Numbered from the stretch's first letter, positions 49,761 to 64,000 are shown. The stretch: DNA of 64,000 nucleotides from Eledone cirrhosa (GCA_964016885.1 OZ024746.1:45136001-45200000), one strand, 5' to 3'. Translations and numbers: made by a program. Notes: a model not told the origin generated them from the letters alone.

Positions 49761-49998
49761 ACACGAAATGTGTACAGACTTCTGGTGCTCTTTCTATTTA
49801 TTAATCTTAAACTCTTTGTAATAATGCTAATTTCTATTTTGCCAAACAAGTAAATCCTTATCTCTGTTTCACACTCTCTTTATCTCTTTATTTTTCTCTC
49901 TCTCTATCTCTCTCTCTCTGTCTCTCTCTCTCTGTCTCTCTCTCTCTGTCTCTCTCTCTCTGTCTCTCTCTCTCTATCTATCTATTTATCTATCTATC

Positions 49999-51728
49999 GG
50001 AGCCGTTCGAAATCGCGCGGTCCATCCGACAGGGGTGCCCTCTCTCCTCCCTTCTGTATGTAGTGACTCTAGAGCCACTGCTGCGGAAGTTGGAGTTGTT
50101 GCAGGGCATCCCGTTGGAACCGGGATTGCGGAAAGCGGTGTCAGCCCACGCCGATGACGTAACAGTAATGGTGTCGACGGCCTCGGAAATCGGGGCAATC
50201 GGCACCTTACTGGAGGAGTACGAAAGGTTTACAGGGGCTAAGCTGAACCGGGACAAGTCGATCGGTCTGCAACTCGGCACGTGGAGGGGCGGATCGATGC
50301 CCTCCGATGGCGTCGCCGTGCGCTGGACGGAGGGCCCGGTGAAGTTGCTCGGGGTCTGGTTCGGACCAGACCTCCAGGTGGAGAAGAACTGGGGTGAGGT
50401 AACGAACAGGGTGTTTGCACTGACCCAGAAGTGGGCCGAGTGCAAACTGTCCCTGAAAGGTCGGGCGGAGGTGGCGAACACTTATATAGCGTCCGTCATC
50501 TACTACCGCCTGACCGTTGTGCCTTGCCCAAGGGAAACGCTCGCCAAAATGGAGCGCGCACTCTTCCAATTCCATTGGAAGAAGCGGGCTCCTATGGTGA
50601 GGAGATCCATCTGCTGTCAACACCCTTCCAAAGGAGGGCTGGGGATGCCGTGGCTAATGATACGTAAACACGCATTAAGGCTACGGCACCTTCAGGTATT
50701 TCTCTCCGGTCAACCAGTGTGGGCCCCGTTTGTGAGGCGAGCCTTTCCCAGACTCGTCTCACTCACCGAACTGCAATCCTGGGTCAAGCAAAGACCGAGA
50801 AAACTGGGCGCCTGGCACACCGGGTGTGCCCAGGCGCTCACGGCTCTCTGGCAGGCGGACCCGGCTGTCAGTGGAGAATCAACTCGTCATTCTATAGAGG
50901 GCTGGTGGTTAGCAGGTGCGACGACGCCCTCGGAGAAGCCCTAGGCATGGAGGAAGACGAACTGGCCAACCTGTTCGGTAGGACATTCAGCCCGGGACCC
51001 ATGGATAACTTCCAGAGGTCCCTGGCCTGGCAATGCTACAGAAGGGCTCTGCCCGTTCGAGAAAGACTCTACAGACACGGGCGCCCGGGTAGGGACCCCT
51101 CGAAAAAGATCTGTCCCAGATGCGTGTGCGACGAGGAAACCGTTGCACACGCATTGGTACACTGCTCGGGCATTGCCGATCTGTGGGGCTATGTCGAACA
51201 ACTGCTGTCAAGGGTGGGACCGATCCGGTTGACCACCGAGTCTATTGTAACGATCAAGCCGCCTCCCCTCTTCAAAAACGAAGAAGAGGTGGTGTTTCTG
51301 TGCGTAATAGCCATGTCGAAAGAGGTTGTATGGTGGAAGCGTCTGAAAGGACTGAGGTCAGACACCTTTCTCTCTGGCCAACAACTGGTCCGTTTCTTCC
51401 GATATCATTTCGGAAGAAGGATCAGGATGGAGAGAGAGGTGCTGCACCCCAGCTGTTTTTATGAAAGATGGGTGAAAGTGGCGAGAATGGCCCGTGTGAA
51501 TGGGCCTTCACTCTACATCAGACTATAGGTGAGGAAGATGAAAGACCAAGGGAGCACCCCTTCTCTGTGCTCCTGAGGAAAAGAGTTGCACAATTTTATT
51601 TTTGTTATATTTTATTTTATTTTTATATATTGTTATTGCCTCCTCCTTATTGAGGACGCCTTGTTTTGTAAATTCCCCCCATTGTACGTGTCCCACTTTT
51701 GATGCCCTGGTGGCAAATAAAATAAACA
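49999..51728 (+). mobile_element. Second Tx1 family, 5'-truncated, inserted in (TCTA)n
   Basis: SEPFEIARSIRQGCPLSS, AHADDV, KLLGVWFGPDLQ, CPRC...ETVAHALVHC, ARMARVNGPSLYIRL: clearly homologous to ORF2 at 14175-17594. One frameshift near 50885. TATCTATTTATCTATCTATC duplicated at 49979-49998 and 51729-51748. Confidence 0.93.
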
Positions 51729-51735
51729 TATCTAT

Positions 51736-51801
<66 letters not shown>

Positions 51802-52484
51802 CCCTCTCTCTTCTCTGTCTCTATCTATCTATCTATATATCTATCTATCTAACTATCTAACGCCCTCCAAAGGATCTATCTTGCTCCAAGAATTGTATAG
51901 ATATGTTCTGACTATAGTAACAGTAAACTTTCTGTCCACGCTAAATGACAAATCTATCATTCAGACTACGCTGTTATTTTTAAGTTTTCTATTAGTATAA
52001 AAAAAAGAATGTTTGTTGTAGCATTTCCTATTTGCATGGTATAATTATCAAAACTGTCACATATAAAGAGTACTCAGATGTATAGATTTGTCAAACTGCT
52101 TTCCTCGTACTGCATGGATGTTATTCTTTGTTAATCCTTTTTTTTAGGAAATAACTGTATTAACGAAGGGTTTTGTGGTTCCCTTTCTGACCTCAATAAA
52201 TATCAATTCACCCCCATCGGATTTTAAGCTTGTAATTATGGAATCCATTACATTTAAATATTCTGTTGCGAATTCATTCAGTCGGAAATGAATAGAATGT
52301 TCAAAGCAGATATTACCGAGCTAAAAGCTTCATTGTGATGAGCACAAGCATACGTCGTTAACGTTAACAGCAAACGAAGGTTAACTGTTGAATAAACCCC
52401 AAAGTAAGTGTTTTCATTCTATATTAACTTTTTGGAAGCCAAACGGTCTTGATCGCATGTTATCATTTCGATTGATTGCTGTTA

Positions 52485-52550
52485 CCCCAAGTACCAGTAA
52501 TGCACTGGGATAATTTCTGGTCTTGTGCCAAAAGTAGAAACAATTATTTG
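52485..52550 (+). mobile_element. SINE 3' fragment
   Basis: AAGTACCAGTAATGCACTGGG...GGTCTTGTGCCAAAAGTAGAAACAATTATT. Confidence 0.75.
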
Positions 52551-52936
52551 ATAAACAACATTGCCCGAAACTAGAAGCTTCAGTTTATGTTAGATACTCT
52601 TGAGTGACACCATCAGTAACAGAGAATATGACGCCAGTAAGTTCCTTTCTGAAATTCCTAGACACAGCTCCTCCCTTTCAGACGAATGAAACAGTTCTGG
52701 TCTTCTGTCTAAAATAAATCATATATATAACGTACACTACTGCAGCATAAGGGCCTGGTTGATTTTAGAAGCATTAGAAAGTTTTTAAATTTCAAATATA
52801 GTCATCCTAATGTAGCATATTCTTATAATAGTCGATCACTATAAATAATACTATTCCCAAGGTCATCAGTCATGACGAGAGTCTTGTCTGATAAATCCGT
52901 GAATACACAGAGTAACAAGACGCTGATTTGATTTTA

Positions 52937-53115
52937 ATAATTGTTTCTACATTTGGCACAGCAATTATCCCAGTGTATTACTGGTGCTTTATTTTATCGA
53001 CCCTGTAAGGAAGAAAGGCAAAGTTAACCTCGGCAGGATTTGAACTCAGACCATTAGGGTCGTAACTCTTTGCTGCAAAGCATGGCGTCAGATCCTCTAC
53101 TGATACTGCCATTCC
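52937..53115 (-). mobile_element. tRNA-derived SINE
   Basis: Head, B box, core and AGAAACAATTATT tail on minus. Confidence 0.85.
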
Positions 53116-53145
53116 AATGTCACACACACACTCATATATATATAT

Positions 53146-53197
<52 letters not shown>

Positions 53198-53874
53198 GTG
53201 AGAGAGAGTATTTATGTATGTACGCATGTGTGTGTGTATGTGTATATATATATGTGTGTGGGTGAGTATGTATGTACGTATGTGTGTGTGAATGTGTGTG
53301 TATGTGTACATATATATATATATATGTGTATATATATATATATGTGTGTGTGAGCGTGTGTGTATGTTTGTGTATGTTTGCGTGCATGCGTATGTGTGTG
53401 TATGTATATGAATATCATATAGTACATGAATGATCAAAAAAATAACTGCTTTCTATGAAGCTTAACAAAACAGCGAAAGGTTTGATTAGAGCCGAAAATG
53501 TCATCTTTAAACAATTTAATGTTCCAAAACAATGGATCAGACAAAGACCGCATAAATCCACTATCTACCTTAAATGGCCAATCTTTAGATATCATGTTAT
53601 TTTCTACCAGACCAATTCGTCTCAGCATCTAGTGAAATCTTCATCATCAAAATTTGTAACGGCTGCAAACTTGGCCAAATAGTTTATGACTGCATGAAGA
53701 GTAAAACATGAAGTGATATCCATTATATGCTTACAAATAGTTTACAATGTACCAGAAGTATATTGATTAAAAAAGGAATTTGTAAAAGTGAACCATTTGG
53801 GTACAATAGTGAGTAAATATTTTGCAGCGTTGCCAAGAAATATTCTATAATATACTACTAGTATTCCTTTAAAA

Positions 53875-54022
53875 ATAATTGTTTCTACTTTTGGCACAAT
53901 GCCAGCAATTACTAAGTGCATTACTGGTACTTTATTTTATCGACCCCGTAAGGATGAAAGGCAAAGTTAACCACGGCGGGATTTGAACTCAGGCCATAAA
54001 GGACCGTAACTCTATGCTGCAA
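53875..54022 (-). mobile_element. tRNA-derived SINE, 5'-truncated
   Basis: B box, core and tail on minus. Confidence 0.85.
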
Positions 54023-54480
54023 AAATAATGAACGATCAATTAATAAATACAGAACATATTGTTTATTTCTTTCAATATCTGTAATATGTGTTCTCATTTT
54101 GCATATAAATGCTGTAAACCTTATAATAATCTGTGATTCGCTCTCTCTCTCTCTCTCGCTCTCTCTGTATATATATATGTGTGTGGGGGGGGGGGGGGCG
54201 TGCGTGTGTGTGTGTGTATATAAAAACGAGTGTTCTCATGACTAACTTATTAAATCACTAAACCATATAAGCTTCCTATACTGGTTCACATCATCCTCAT
54301 TATCATAGACGTGACAATGGTGTATAAGAAACATAAAGCTGCTAATATTGATTATTTCATGTGTATTATTTGAGAGAGTATATGCGCATGTATGTGTGTA
54401 TGCGTCTTAATATATTGTTGTCAGATTGATATTATGTAAGTAGTTAATCTTTCAATATATATTAACGATAAGGCATCTTG

Positions 54481-54600
54481 TAAGGCATAACCATAATGGA
54501 ATGATATCTTGAAAGGAGAAAAGTTGCTATATATATATATGTGTGTATATATAGCAAGTTTTCTCCTTTCAAGATATCATTCCATTATGGTTATGCCTTA
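54481..54600. repeat. Inverted repeat, 55-bp arms around a TA/TG spacer, next to a ~320-bp (TA)n tract
   Basis: TAAGGCATAACCATAATGGAATGATATCTTGAAAGGAGAAAAGTTGCTATATATA vs its reverse complement at 54546-54600, one mismatch. Confidence 0.93.
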
Positions 54601-54643
54601 TATATATATATATATGCCTATATATATATATATATATATAGGC

Positions 54644-54788
<145 letters not shown>

Positions 54789-54821
54789 TTATTTATATAT
54801 ATATATATATGTGTGTATATG

Positions 54822-54919
<98 letters not shown>

Positions 54920-55683
54920 AACACACACACACACATACACACACACACACATATATTTATAAAGTGTGTGTGTGTGTGTGGTGTGTGTGTGTGTGAGTAT
55001 GTGTGTGTTTGAATGTATTGTGACGATAGGAAGTAATTCAGTGGAAATATTAAGTGGAATGGAACTACACCGCCTACTTCAGTACTTACTGACATACATC
55101 AATTTTAAGGTTGACATGAGGTGATAACTGAATAACTGAATAGAGCTATGTCTCGAAAGACTCTCAGATATAATAAAGTAGTTTGGGAAAATTAATTTCT
55201 ATGTTTTCTTTTGTTAAAGGTGCTTCTTTATAAAAAAGGAATAAGTGAAAATACGATGAATATTTGATCCAATTCTTTTCGAACAATTTATCAGTTTGTA
55301 AATTCTATGTCAAGTATTTGTAAATTCCCTATTTTCTTCGTTCTTCCTATATAAGTAATTACTGATCCATATCAGTTTACAGCTTTTCGAATCCGTCTTA
55401 TCTAATTATTTCGTTAATTTCACAGGATTCAAAATCAGAACCATATCCTCTTACTATACACTATATTAACAGATCGATTCACCGAAACATTGTATGATTT
55501 TCGAACACGTGCAAATAACTTTTATACTGTTCTTTACACTTCGACATGCATTCTACACCGCTATGCTATACAACATTGAGTTTGCTTACAATGTTGAGTC
55601 TCAATCTTCGATGACTTAGTGTAGATAATAACTTGAAACTTAGCACACAGCCCTGTTTATTTTGCATAATTTTTCAAATTTAT

Positions 55684-55746
55684 TTATTGTCTGATGATCC
55701 TCTGAGTATACAGGGTACACCAGGTGAAACTCCAGAGTAACCGAAC
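55684..55746 (+). ncRNA. Degenerate hammerhead core
   Basis: TTGT-CTGATGA-TCCT...AGGT-GAAAC-TCCAGA-GTA-AC. Intact core boxes and stem III (ACTC/GAGT), poor stem I. Confidence 0.45.
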
Positions 55747-55790
55747 TCATCAATTAGCCATAATAAAGAACCTCTCTCTCACGCTATATA

Positions 55791-55858
<68 letters not shown>

Positions 55859-56439
55859 TGTGTGTGTGTTTATATATACATAATTACTCAGGCAGTTATT
55901 TTCATATACATACACCTATTTGTAAGCACGGATCTGTTTTGTCTATGTTGCTATTTGATCCCTAATGATATCAGCGGTATTAGATTTTTATGGAATGGGT
56001 TCTACTAAGGAATAAATGATATACTAAAACTGAAGTTAACAGAATTTGTGTATTTTTGAATGGGTTAAAATGATTCTTCTACGTTGTATTTGCAGAAACT
56101 TAAAGAAATTTATGTTTTTGCGGAAATTATACGTTTCAACTAATGATAATGTTTCTGTATACAATTATTCTTTTGAATGTAAAATAGATACTACCAGATC
56201 ATTGGGAAGGGTGTGTTTAATTCATATTTTGCTTGTTTTCATTTCACCAACCCCAAGATATATAAAAATAAAAATCCGCCCCTATAAAAACGGGGAATGG
56301 AACTCTACTGTGTTTTAACAGTCCTGTAATGTTCTTCCATCTTTTAAGATGACTTTACTCATTTTTAGCAAAGATACAAATCTATGATAGGTTTGGTTTT
56401 GTGGATAAACGCAGTAGATTGAATTGATTCTTTTATTAC

Positions 56440-56560
56440 ATCAGTACTTATTTTATCGATCCTGGAATAATGAAATTCAAAGCAAAAATCGTTGGAGTTT
56501 GCATTTCGAACGGAGAGAAACACATCTCAGCACTGTAATTAAAATTGTTCATCATTTTAT
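56440..56560 (-). mobile_element. Old SINE copy
   Basis: AGTACTTATTTTATCGATCCTGGAATAATGAAA matches the SINE core in decayed form. Confidence 0.5.
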
Positions 56561-57427
56561 TAAATCCCCTAATCTTTCACTTTATTTTATATACATTATG
56601 AGTCAACTTTCAACGAAATGAATTACACTCAAATAACCTTATGCAAAATAAGGCAGTCAGTTCTAAATATACTTTAGTGATACATTCATTGATCAGGATT
56701 GTCTAATATGTTTCTATTGTTTAATCATCAAGCTTCTATTCAGCCAGGATAGTTTTGAAATGCCTTTCTGAAATGTCATTTTATTTATTCAGTATTTGAA
56801 TTGCTTCATCTACTACAGGGCGATACTAATTATATGTTGTTTTTTGTATATTTTAAGTCTTCTGACTTAACAGCATTAACTGAAATCGAAATATATTCAT
56901 CTAAGTTATGAAATGGTAACTACTTAAATGTAATCTTTGATATTTGTAAATTCGTTCTAGAGAGGTCGCGATTAAAGTAACGTGATGTGTTTAAATATGA
57001 TTAAAGATTATAAATACGACCGAATCGTGTTTACCATTTGTTTTTCATTGTGCCTTAGTAAAGTGTTACTTTTCTCCGAGACCCTCTTGTTTTTGTAATG
57101 TACGCAAAACACGTTTTCTTGTTGTACATAATTTATAGTGTATTTAAAGCAATTCATTTTGGCAAAGCGCATCTCTGACGCAATAACCCTTTCCATTTCA
57201 GGGCAATATATCCCTAATCTGGGCTGCAACGCGTTGCGACCCGTTCTCCATTACCAACCTTGTTGTTTCGGCTACAAACCCGGTCACAGCCGCGCACAAA
57301 TAGGAGGAGAGTAAGATAAAGAATACCGAGCCCTGACCACTTCTTTTTCGTACAAGTCACCGTCGAGAATTCAGGTGTACTTGGTCCTCGTACAGCTAAT
57401 TACTTCATAAAATCGGAAAGACTGCAG

Positions 57428-57484
57428 TCGGTCTGATGAAGGAGCCTCGTGAGGTGGGGTGGCTGTTGCAACGAGTGTCACTGA
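57428..57484 (+). ncRNA. Minimal type I hammerhead with one core mutation
   Basis: TCGGT-CTGATGA-AGGAGCC...GGCTGTT-GCAAC-GAGT-GTC-ACTGA. Stem I TCGGT/ACTGA, GUC cleavage triplet, GAAA changed to GCAA. Confidence 0.55.
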
Positions 57485-58709
57485 GCATTCTCCTTGGCAA
57501 TGTCTTTGCCATTGTTTCCGTGGGGAGCAGCTAAAGCACCACTCACACTGGAGTGTAGAGTCTGTCGCACCCCTCTCCCTTTCTTTCCTTGCATCATTCC
57601 ACTCTTTATTCTTACTCTTTTCTTCTTTTGCTTTGTTTTTGTATTGTTTCCCTTTTGCCATCTATATTGTATTTTATAATGAAATAACCATTCTTAAATT
57701 AAAACAAATACCTTATTGTCAAATCTAAAATCCAGCTGTGTACGTTTACCATTGGGCTGTATATTATTGTCATTCACCTGTGTATATGAATCAGATTTTT
57801 CGACGTCATCGTTCCACATTTTAAAGTAATTTCACTCCTTATTATTCGAATCATTATTTCCATTAACGTATTATCACTTCGCTATTGTTCCGTTTTCTCC
57901 TAAATGATAAAAATATATAGATATATAGTTCAGTCTTAAAATGTCTGGCATGTTGGATTATCATTAGAATTCTTCATAAAAGTTGCTGGTTAAACAATGC
58001 TTTCAAGAGCAGTAATTATCTGCAAAAAAATCTTAATTTTCAACAAACTCAATTATATTCATTAAACATGCTTAATATTCTGTGTGAAATTCCCTGGAGA
58101 ATCAGAGATACCATCTTATTGAGAAAATGAATCCAATTTTATTGAATAATAGGAAATAATTTATTCTACAAAGTTCTATGTTTATTTAATTCGGCGGTAA
58201 ACATATTATTCCCTAGGGATTGGGGATTATTTGAAATAGGCTGTTGAGAGAAAATGAAGGATAATGAATGCATGATATATGAATGCATGATATACTTGTT
58301 CTTTGTTTAGGCAAATTTGTTCGATTTTTAATGACATTTTTCTGCATTAGTTAGCCTAGTTGTCAAGCTTTGCTAGTGCTATAGTCGATAAAGGCATAAA
58401 AGTCTACGAATATATAACATATACGTGTATACAACTACATCGATCATTGTTTGAGATAATTTATATGATAGGTATGATACATAATATAGCTTATAATTTT
58501 TGTACTCATTCGAATCACCAGAAGATATATGTCTAGTCCCGTAACTCCTAATAGAGTTGTAGCGACGCTGTATTGAGATACGGTGTTTCTAGGGCATTTT
58601 TTAAACCTGGAGGAATCCATATCTTCTCTAGGTCTGAATATAGCAGATTCTCTCCAGAGAAAAATAAAGAGAGTGACAGAAAGGATGTGAGAAAGAGATA
58701 TAGACGAAT

Positions 58710-58855
58710 AATCGACCCCAGTACTTGGTTGATATTATTTTATCGACCTTGAATGAATGAAAAGCAAAGTTGCTTTCAGCGGGATTTGAACTAAATGTGT
58801 AGAAATCGAAGCGAATAACATTCTATCTGACGTTCTAATTACTCTGCCAATTCGT
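58710..58855 (-). mobile_element. Old SINE copy
   Basis: ATCGACCCCAGTACTT...TTTTATCGACCTTGAATGAATGAAAAGCAAAGTT...GGGATTTGAACT...TCTGCCAATTCG. Confidence 0.65.
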
Positions 58856-59043
58856 CGACTATAGAAGATATATACTGTTCGAAATGTTATAACACACACT
58901 TTTCGTAAACATTCGAAACGACCCCAACTTATATTTGTTTTCTTATTTCTCTCCGAAACACTTCTGAGAAATAACGATAAAGTCCATATGTGGGATATTT
59001 GTCGTTGATAAAACGCTGTACAGTCAGCAAGATCCTAATTTAT

Positions 59044-59089
<46 letters not shown>

Positions 59090-59090
<1 letters not shown>

Positions 59091-59146
59091 GCGTTGCCCC
59101 AGCATGGCCTCAGCCGGATGGCTGGCACAGGTAAAAGAGTAAAAGC

Positions 59147-59147
<1 letters not shown>
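59090..59147 (+). mobile_element. Short retroelement 3'-end fragment in (TA)n
   Basis: Near-identical to 37137-37196. Confidence 0.7.
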
Positions 59148-59183
<36 letters not shown>

Positions 59184-60649
59184 GAGATGGTGATAATATT
59201 GATATATAAATCCCCTTTGTTTACACATTCTTCCTCCTTATATTTTACTATAAATAGTAAAACATATATATCTCAGGCTATGGTATAATGCAAATATAAC
59301 CTCTCTCGTAAAGGTTCATGTTATAAGAAATTACAGATAGACAACATTAAGATAGAAAGTGTAATAATAGGATACATTCATTCAATTTAATAAACCCGTA
59401 TATATAAAATGTTATCGTAAAATGACATCTGCATTCATACAGTCTCCTCATTAAACATCAACAGACGAAGAGAGAAAATATAGAATCCATTTTTATATTT
59501 CTGTTCGTATGTCGAATAGAATTATTTAAAAGTTTATATATAATTAAGAAAGCATAGATCATATTACAGTTTGTCTAAATTACTTAAAACTATCTAACTT
59601 GAATATATAGATTATACATGTTGAAATCTACATTAATCTCTCTATTCTCTGTTCCTCCCTATATTTACTAAATGGTTTCAATAAATAGATTTAACACAAA
59701 TAGTTTTTTCTTGCATAATTTCTTAAAATTATGTCTTCGTAGATTTGTTTGTCTCATATCAGGCAGCTTGAATTAGATCTTGCAGTCTGGCTTCAACAAG
59801 TTATTTCTAATGCATATATCGATATGTTTGAAGACCGCTCTCTTACAGATATAATAAAAATGAAACTAATCTCTTAAACATATGTCTCGTGAAATATTAC
59901 AATACAGATATATCCTTCACACTATTAGGAATTTGATATCGACTACTAAATTAAGACGAAAAATATTGAGACATTATATTCGTTCATCTTAATGAATTCC
60001 TATTTTTTAAATGTTATTTTAATGAAAGACTTCTTCATCCAAACTGCTTCATTATTAGACATCAAAGGAATATAGTGACTGTTGAATGTAATGATTGTCA
60101 AAGAGAGAAAGATAAAGAAGAACTAATAGCAGCTAGTACTATTTATAGTGAGACTGATCTATTACTCAAGTAATCACTACATGTCAACCAACTGTGCTAC
60201 TTAGAAGTGGTATATGTCTGAAAAAGCTAGACTGATACAGTATGCAATTTCCATAGTGAAACTAGTTGATAACAAGTATAGTTTTACTTTTTTAAATGTT
60301 TTGTTAGCTTTGTAAAAAGTTAATTCGCAGTATTCGTCTGTAATTCGATTCGTCTTTCTCTTATTCGAAAAAATTACTATACTTAAAACTGGGATGATAT
60401 TAATTGTCTAAAATAAATAAAATAGCATTCAAAATTTGAGTTAGTTAATGGTAAACATAAGACCAGAATCCCTTGTATGTTTTATCCAGCTGTGGAATAA
60501 CATTCTGTGGAATAACATTTCGTGACAAATGCATGAATAAATGAATGTACAGTAATGTTTTTGTTGCGAAACTTTCAGTACATATCATATATCTAATTTC
60601 AGAGGTCTAATGGATAAATCATTATCATGTCATTTCTTATCTGTAGAAA

Positions 60650-60856
60650 TCATGATAAAATATAAAGGAATTTTAAAGAAAGAACGGTGAACAATCTTCT
60701 CTCAATTACTCCTTTGATTGATTTGTCTGTGAAGAGAACGCATTGCCAGCAGTCTACATTGTGAACCTCGTCTTTTATATCTTGTACGTTTACTCTTACT
60801 AGCAGCGCAACAATAAATAAACGTCCGCCATTCACCGTTAAGTAGTAAATATCCAT
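60650..60856 (-). pseudogene. Possible Tc1/mariner transposase remnant
   Basis: VDCWQCVLFTDKS resembles the W..VLF(S/T)DES motif carrying the first catalytic Asp. Confidence 0.35.
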
Positions 60857-62848
60857 AGCCTTATATCAATCTACTAACAGTAGGATTAGCCAATTATAGA
60901 TTTATCATCTATCTTGTGACTTCTCCGTTTGTCGTTCTCGATTAGATAAATTACTTGCAGACAAATTTCCATGCATTCAGAGTAATGGATTTTCCCTTTG
61001 TTCCGGAACATTTTGATTATAGATTATTTCTAGATAACAAAATATATCTTTTAACTGTGTAAGTGTCATAGTGTTATCTGAAAGACTTAGCGGCCAGGAA
61101 GCCGTCACCCAATGGCGAATATTTCAGACGGAAACTATACCTATCTTTTGTGGTTAAATTTATAAGAATAAGATACAAATGAATTCTATTTTGCAACACT
61201 TCAACCAAACTTAAATGATATGAAAGCCAGGAAATGACACTCGCATGGGAAGAAGAGATATCAGTTATATTAAATAATTGTTTTATGTAAATAATCCTGT
61301 CTTACGTTTTGAATCTAAGATTTCACATTTCAATGGTAAAATTGTTTGTATTTATATACATATGTCCTTTGAATGAATTTAATATTCCAGATAGCACTAT
61401 CATATACACTATATATGTGTATTTAGAAACAGAATTATATTTGCTGTTTAAGCAAATCTCTTTGAAATAACAATGTATGTAAAAGGGGAAGAGTGAATGA
61501 GAAATAAAAGACGTTTTGTTTTGTGACATTTTATGAGTAATTTTATGGAAATCAAATCAAAATGAAATTGTAAATGATGAAACATGATTATTCTATTTCT
61601 GTTATTTGAACAAGGTAGTTTCGACGTAATTAGTCATGCTGTCATAAATGCACTACATTAGCAGGAACGTACGGAAGGCAAAATGTAGTCAGCTACTTTT
61701 CTATTAAGCAATCTGTCTTGTGCATATGCGTACAACCCTTGGCGTTCATTAGCTTGAATAATGCTTCAAATCATATTGACAGATGTTAAGCCTATCACAA
61801 TTGTTACTGTAAGAAATATTGTTCAACTGTCATTGATAAGGAAATTAATTAATAATATTGTAATTTGAAAAGGAATAATTAATCGTATACATTAATTAGC
61901 AAGAGTCCAAAATAGAAATTGATTTGATAATAGGAAAAGTCTATTTACAAATATATTCTCGATATATAGATTTTGATATATAAGACACTCTATATGATAT
62001 ATAATGTAAAATGTTTTTACTTTTTCTACTTACATATCAAAATGATAATTTCAAACATTGAAAGGAAAACAACATTAATATGATATAAACTTTTTTCAAA
62101 TTAGAAATATTGAGAAAAATAAGAACATATGTTGCCCCTTCTTTCACGCAACCAATATAGACTATTTTCCTGTTCTTATTTAAACGAATATTTATACTGT
62201 ATAGTGTCTTAATATATTATATTTTAATTTTAAGCACTATTATGTAAAAATGCCGTTACTCAGTTGTATTCAGTAATACACTTTTGACTTATGATCATAT
62301 GCTAGCAATATTCGGGAAGAAACGCAATTACGATATATGATAAATTATAAGCTAATATGAAGCAGTTAGCGCAATTGCCAAAATTGATACGTGTGAATAT
62401 TGTTGCAACATTATCGTAAATGTGTTATTAGATCCGTAATTATCAGTCAAAGAGATAATGAATAACATATTTCAAGAAGGTAAAGTCATGGCGAGTCCAT
62501 AAACCGAACTTGAATTACCGATTCCGTCACTTACACAGTTAACACATTTGTGTGTCTGACAACATAAGTAATCATACAAACATACACTTAAGGCGTTATA
62601 GGATCTGGGTAATATCTCCTCCTTAATCTTCCACGTTTCATATCAACAATTCTAAATACTCAGAATTTAGAAACATTTAAAAAGTGATCAAAATGCAATG
62701 TTTTGTTGATCTTAAAGAGTTTAAATTCAAATATCAAATCGGCTGGATTTGTACAGAGAACGTAAAGGTCCGTAATAAAACGCCACAGTCATATTTTCCA
62801 GTGTTTCACTGCTTTAGTAACTCCGTAGAAAGTGCATATACATGGCAT

Positions 62849-62940
<92 letters not shown>

Positions 62941-63911
62941 ATTAAAATTTAGGGTGTTTAAAGCCACCACAAAGGGATTATTTCGGCTATGAGCAGAGTA
63001 CAGTGCAAATGATAATATAGAACACCTAGGATATTGAGCCATAAGTGATGTGGTCTTATCGGAAATTTAAGCGACTACAACTACTTACAACAATAACAGA
63101 TATTGGAAAATATAATTAATATAAGCAGATACAAATCTTCAAGTCTCTTCCCTTCTTTGTAAACATAATACAGCGGTGATAAAAAGGCAAAAAGAAATAT
63201 TAGAGATGGTTTATATACTGTCAGAATCAGTGACTAGTAATAAAAATAAGAACTTGATAATCAATCTGAGTGATACATGCTTCGTGTCTAAGCTATTAAT
63301 CTGCCTGGACAGTTTTCTTAATGAAAAACAACACATGTCACAAGAAGAACTTGAGTAGATATTGCATGTTTTTCTATTGAAAAGAGCTTTTTATTCAATA
63401 TATCCTCAATGAAATAGATGAGCATTAGACATTGTTTTCCCTCTTTCTATCTCATTCTATTTTTTCCCAATTGTTGAAAGTAATAATATAGTGATTACAT
63501 GCGCAAACGTAGATGCAAGCTAACACACGCACAGACATACGCGCAAAGGATGTGTAACATGCGTACGCACTTACATGTATATGAAAACCAAGATACACAC
63601 AAATATTTCAAGGGAAAATAATTAACGCAGTTACACAATGAAGATGTTTTTCAACTTACTACCATAAATGGAGTGTCACAAAAGACATAAAAGTGTAGTT
63701 CAATTGATACATATCATATATGGTGTAGCTTTCATTGATTTTAGCAATAGTTCCAGTGCGTGTGTACATGAACATATACGCGAACATATACTCACACCCA
63801 CACATGATCTAATACGCTCCGACATCCACGGAAACTAACGCACTCAAGCATAAACACAGAACATACATGTATAAACACTAATTCAGAGACATATATTTGA
63901 GAGCGTGTATG

Positions 63912-63942
<31 letters not shown>

Positions 63943-64000
63943 ATTGGTGAGTGAGTAATGATAACATACTAAAATCATTAACATTCAGTTTGTTTACAAG

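Noticed and set aside
53434-53700. ORF that could be a host exon or LINE endonuclease remnant
   Set aside because: No convincing motif or splice-site pair.

Overview
AT-rich, microsatellite-dense animal genomic DNA. The SINE and repeat content resembles octopus/cephalopod DNA (inference, not verified). No host protein-coding gene could be supported. The centrepiece (about 7.8-37.4 kb) is an (AAT)n microsatellite invaded repeatedly by two unrelated non-LTR retrotransposon clades in opposite orientation. R4/Dong elements (RT + CCHC + PD-(D/E)xK restriction-like endonuclease) lie on +. A two-ORF Tx1/L1-type element (CCHC ORF1; APE + RT ORF2) lies on -. tRNA-derived SINEs sit in the same repeat, and their 3' end matches the Tx1 3' end. 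Tx1 copy 1 has an intact 1139-aa ORF2. All three full-length Tx1 copies have a structured 5' UTR and a GTAAGT...CAG mini-intron candidate that would fuse ORF1 to ORF2 in frame. One Tx1 and one Dong are fused head-to-head with no target repeat between them. A sister Tx1 family at 50-51.7 kb sits in a different microsatellite, (TCTA)n, with a visible 20-bp target-site duplication. The flanks hold decayed RTE/CR1/Tc1/hAT remnants, several Penelope-type hammerhead ribozyme cores and long palindromes next to (TA)n runs.
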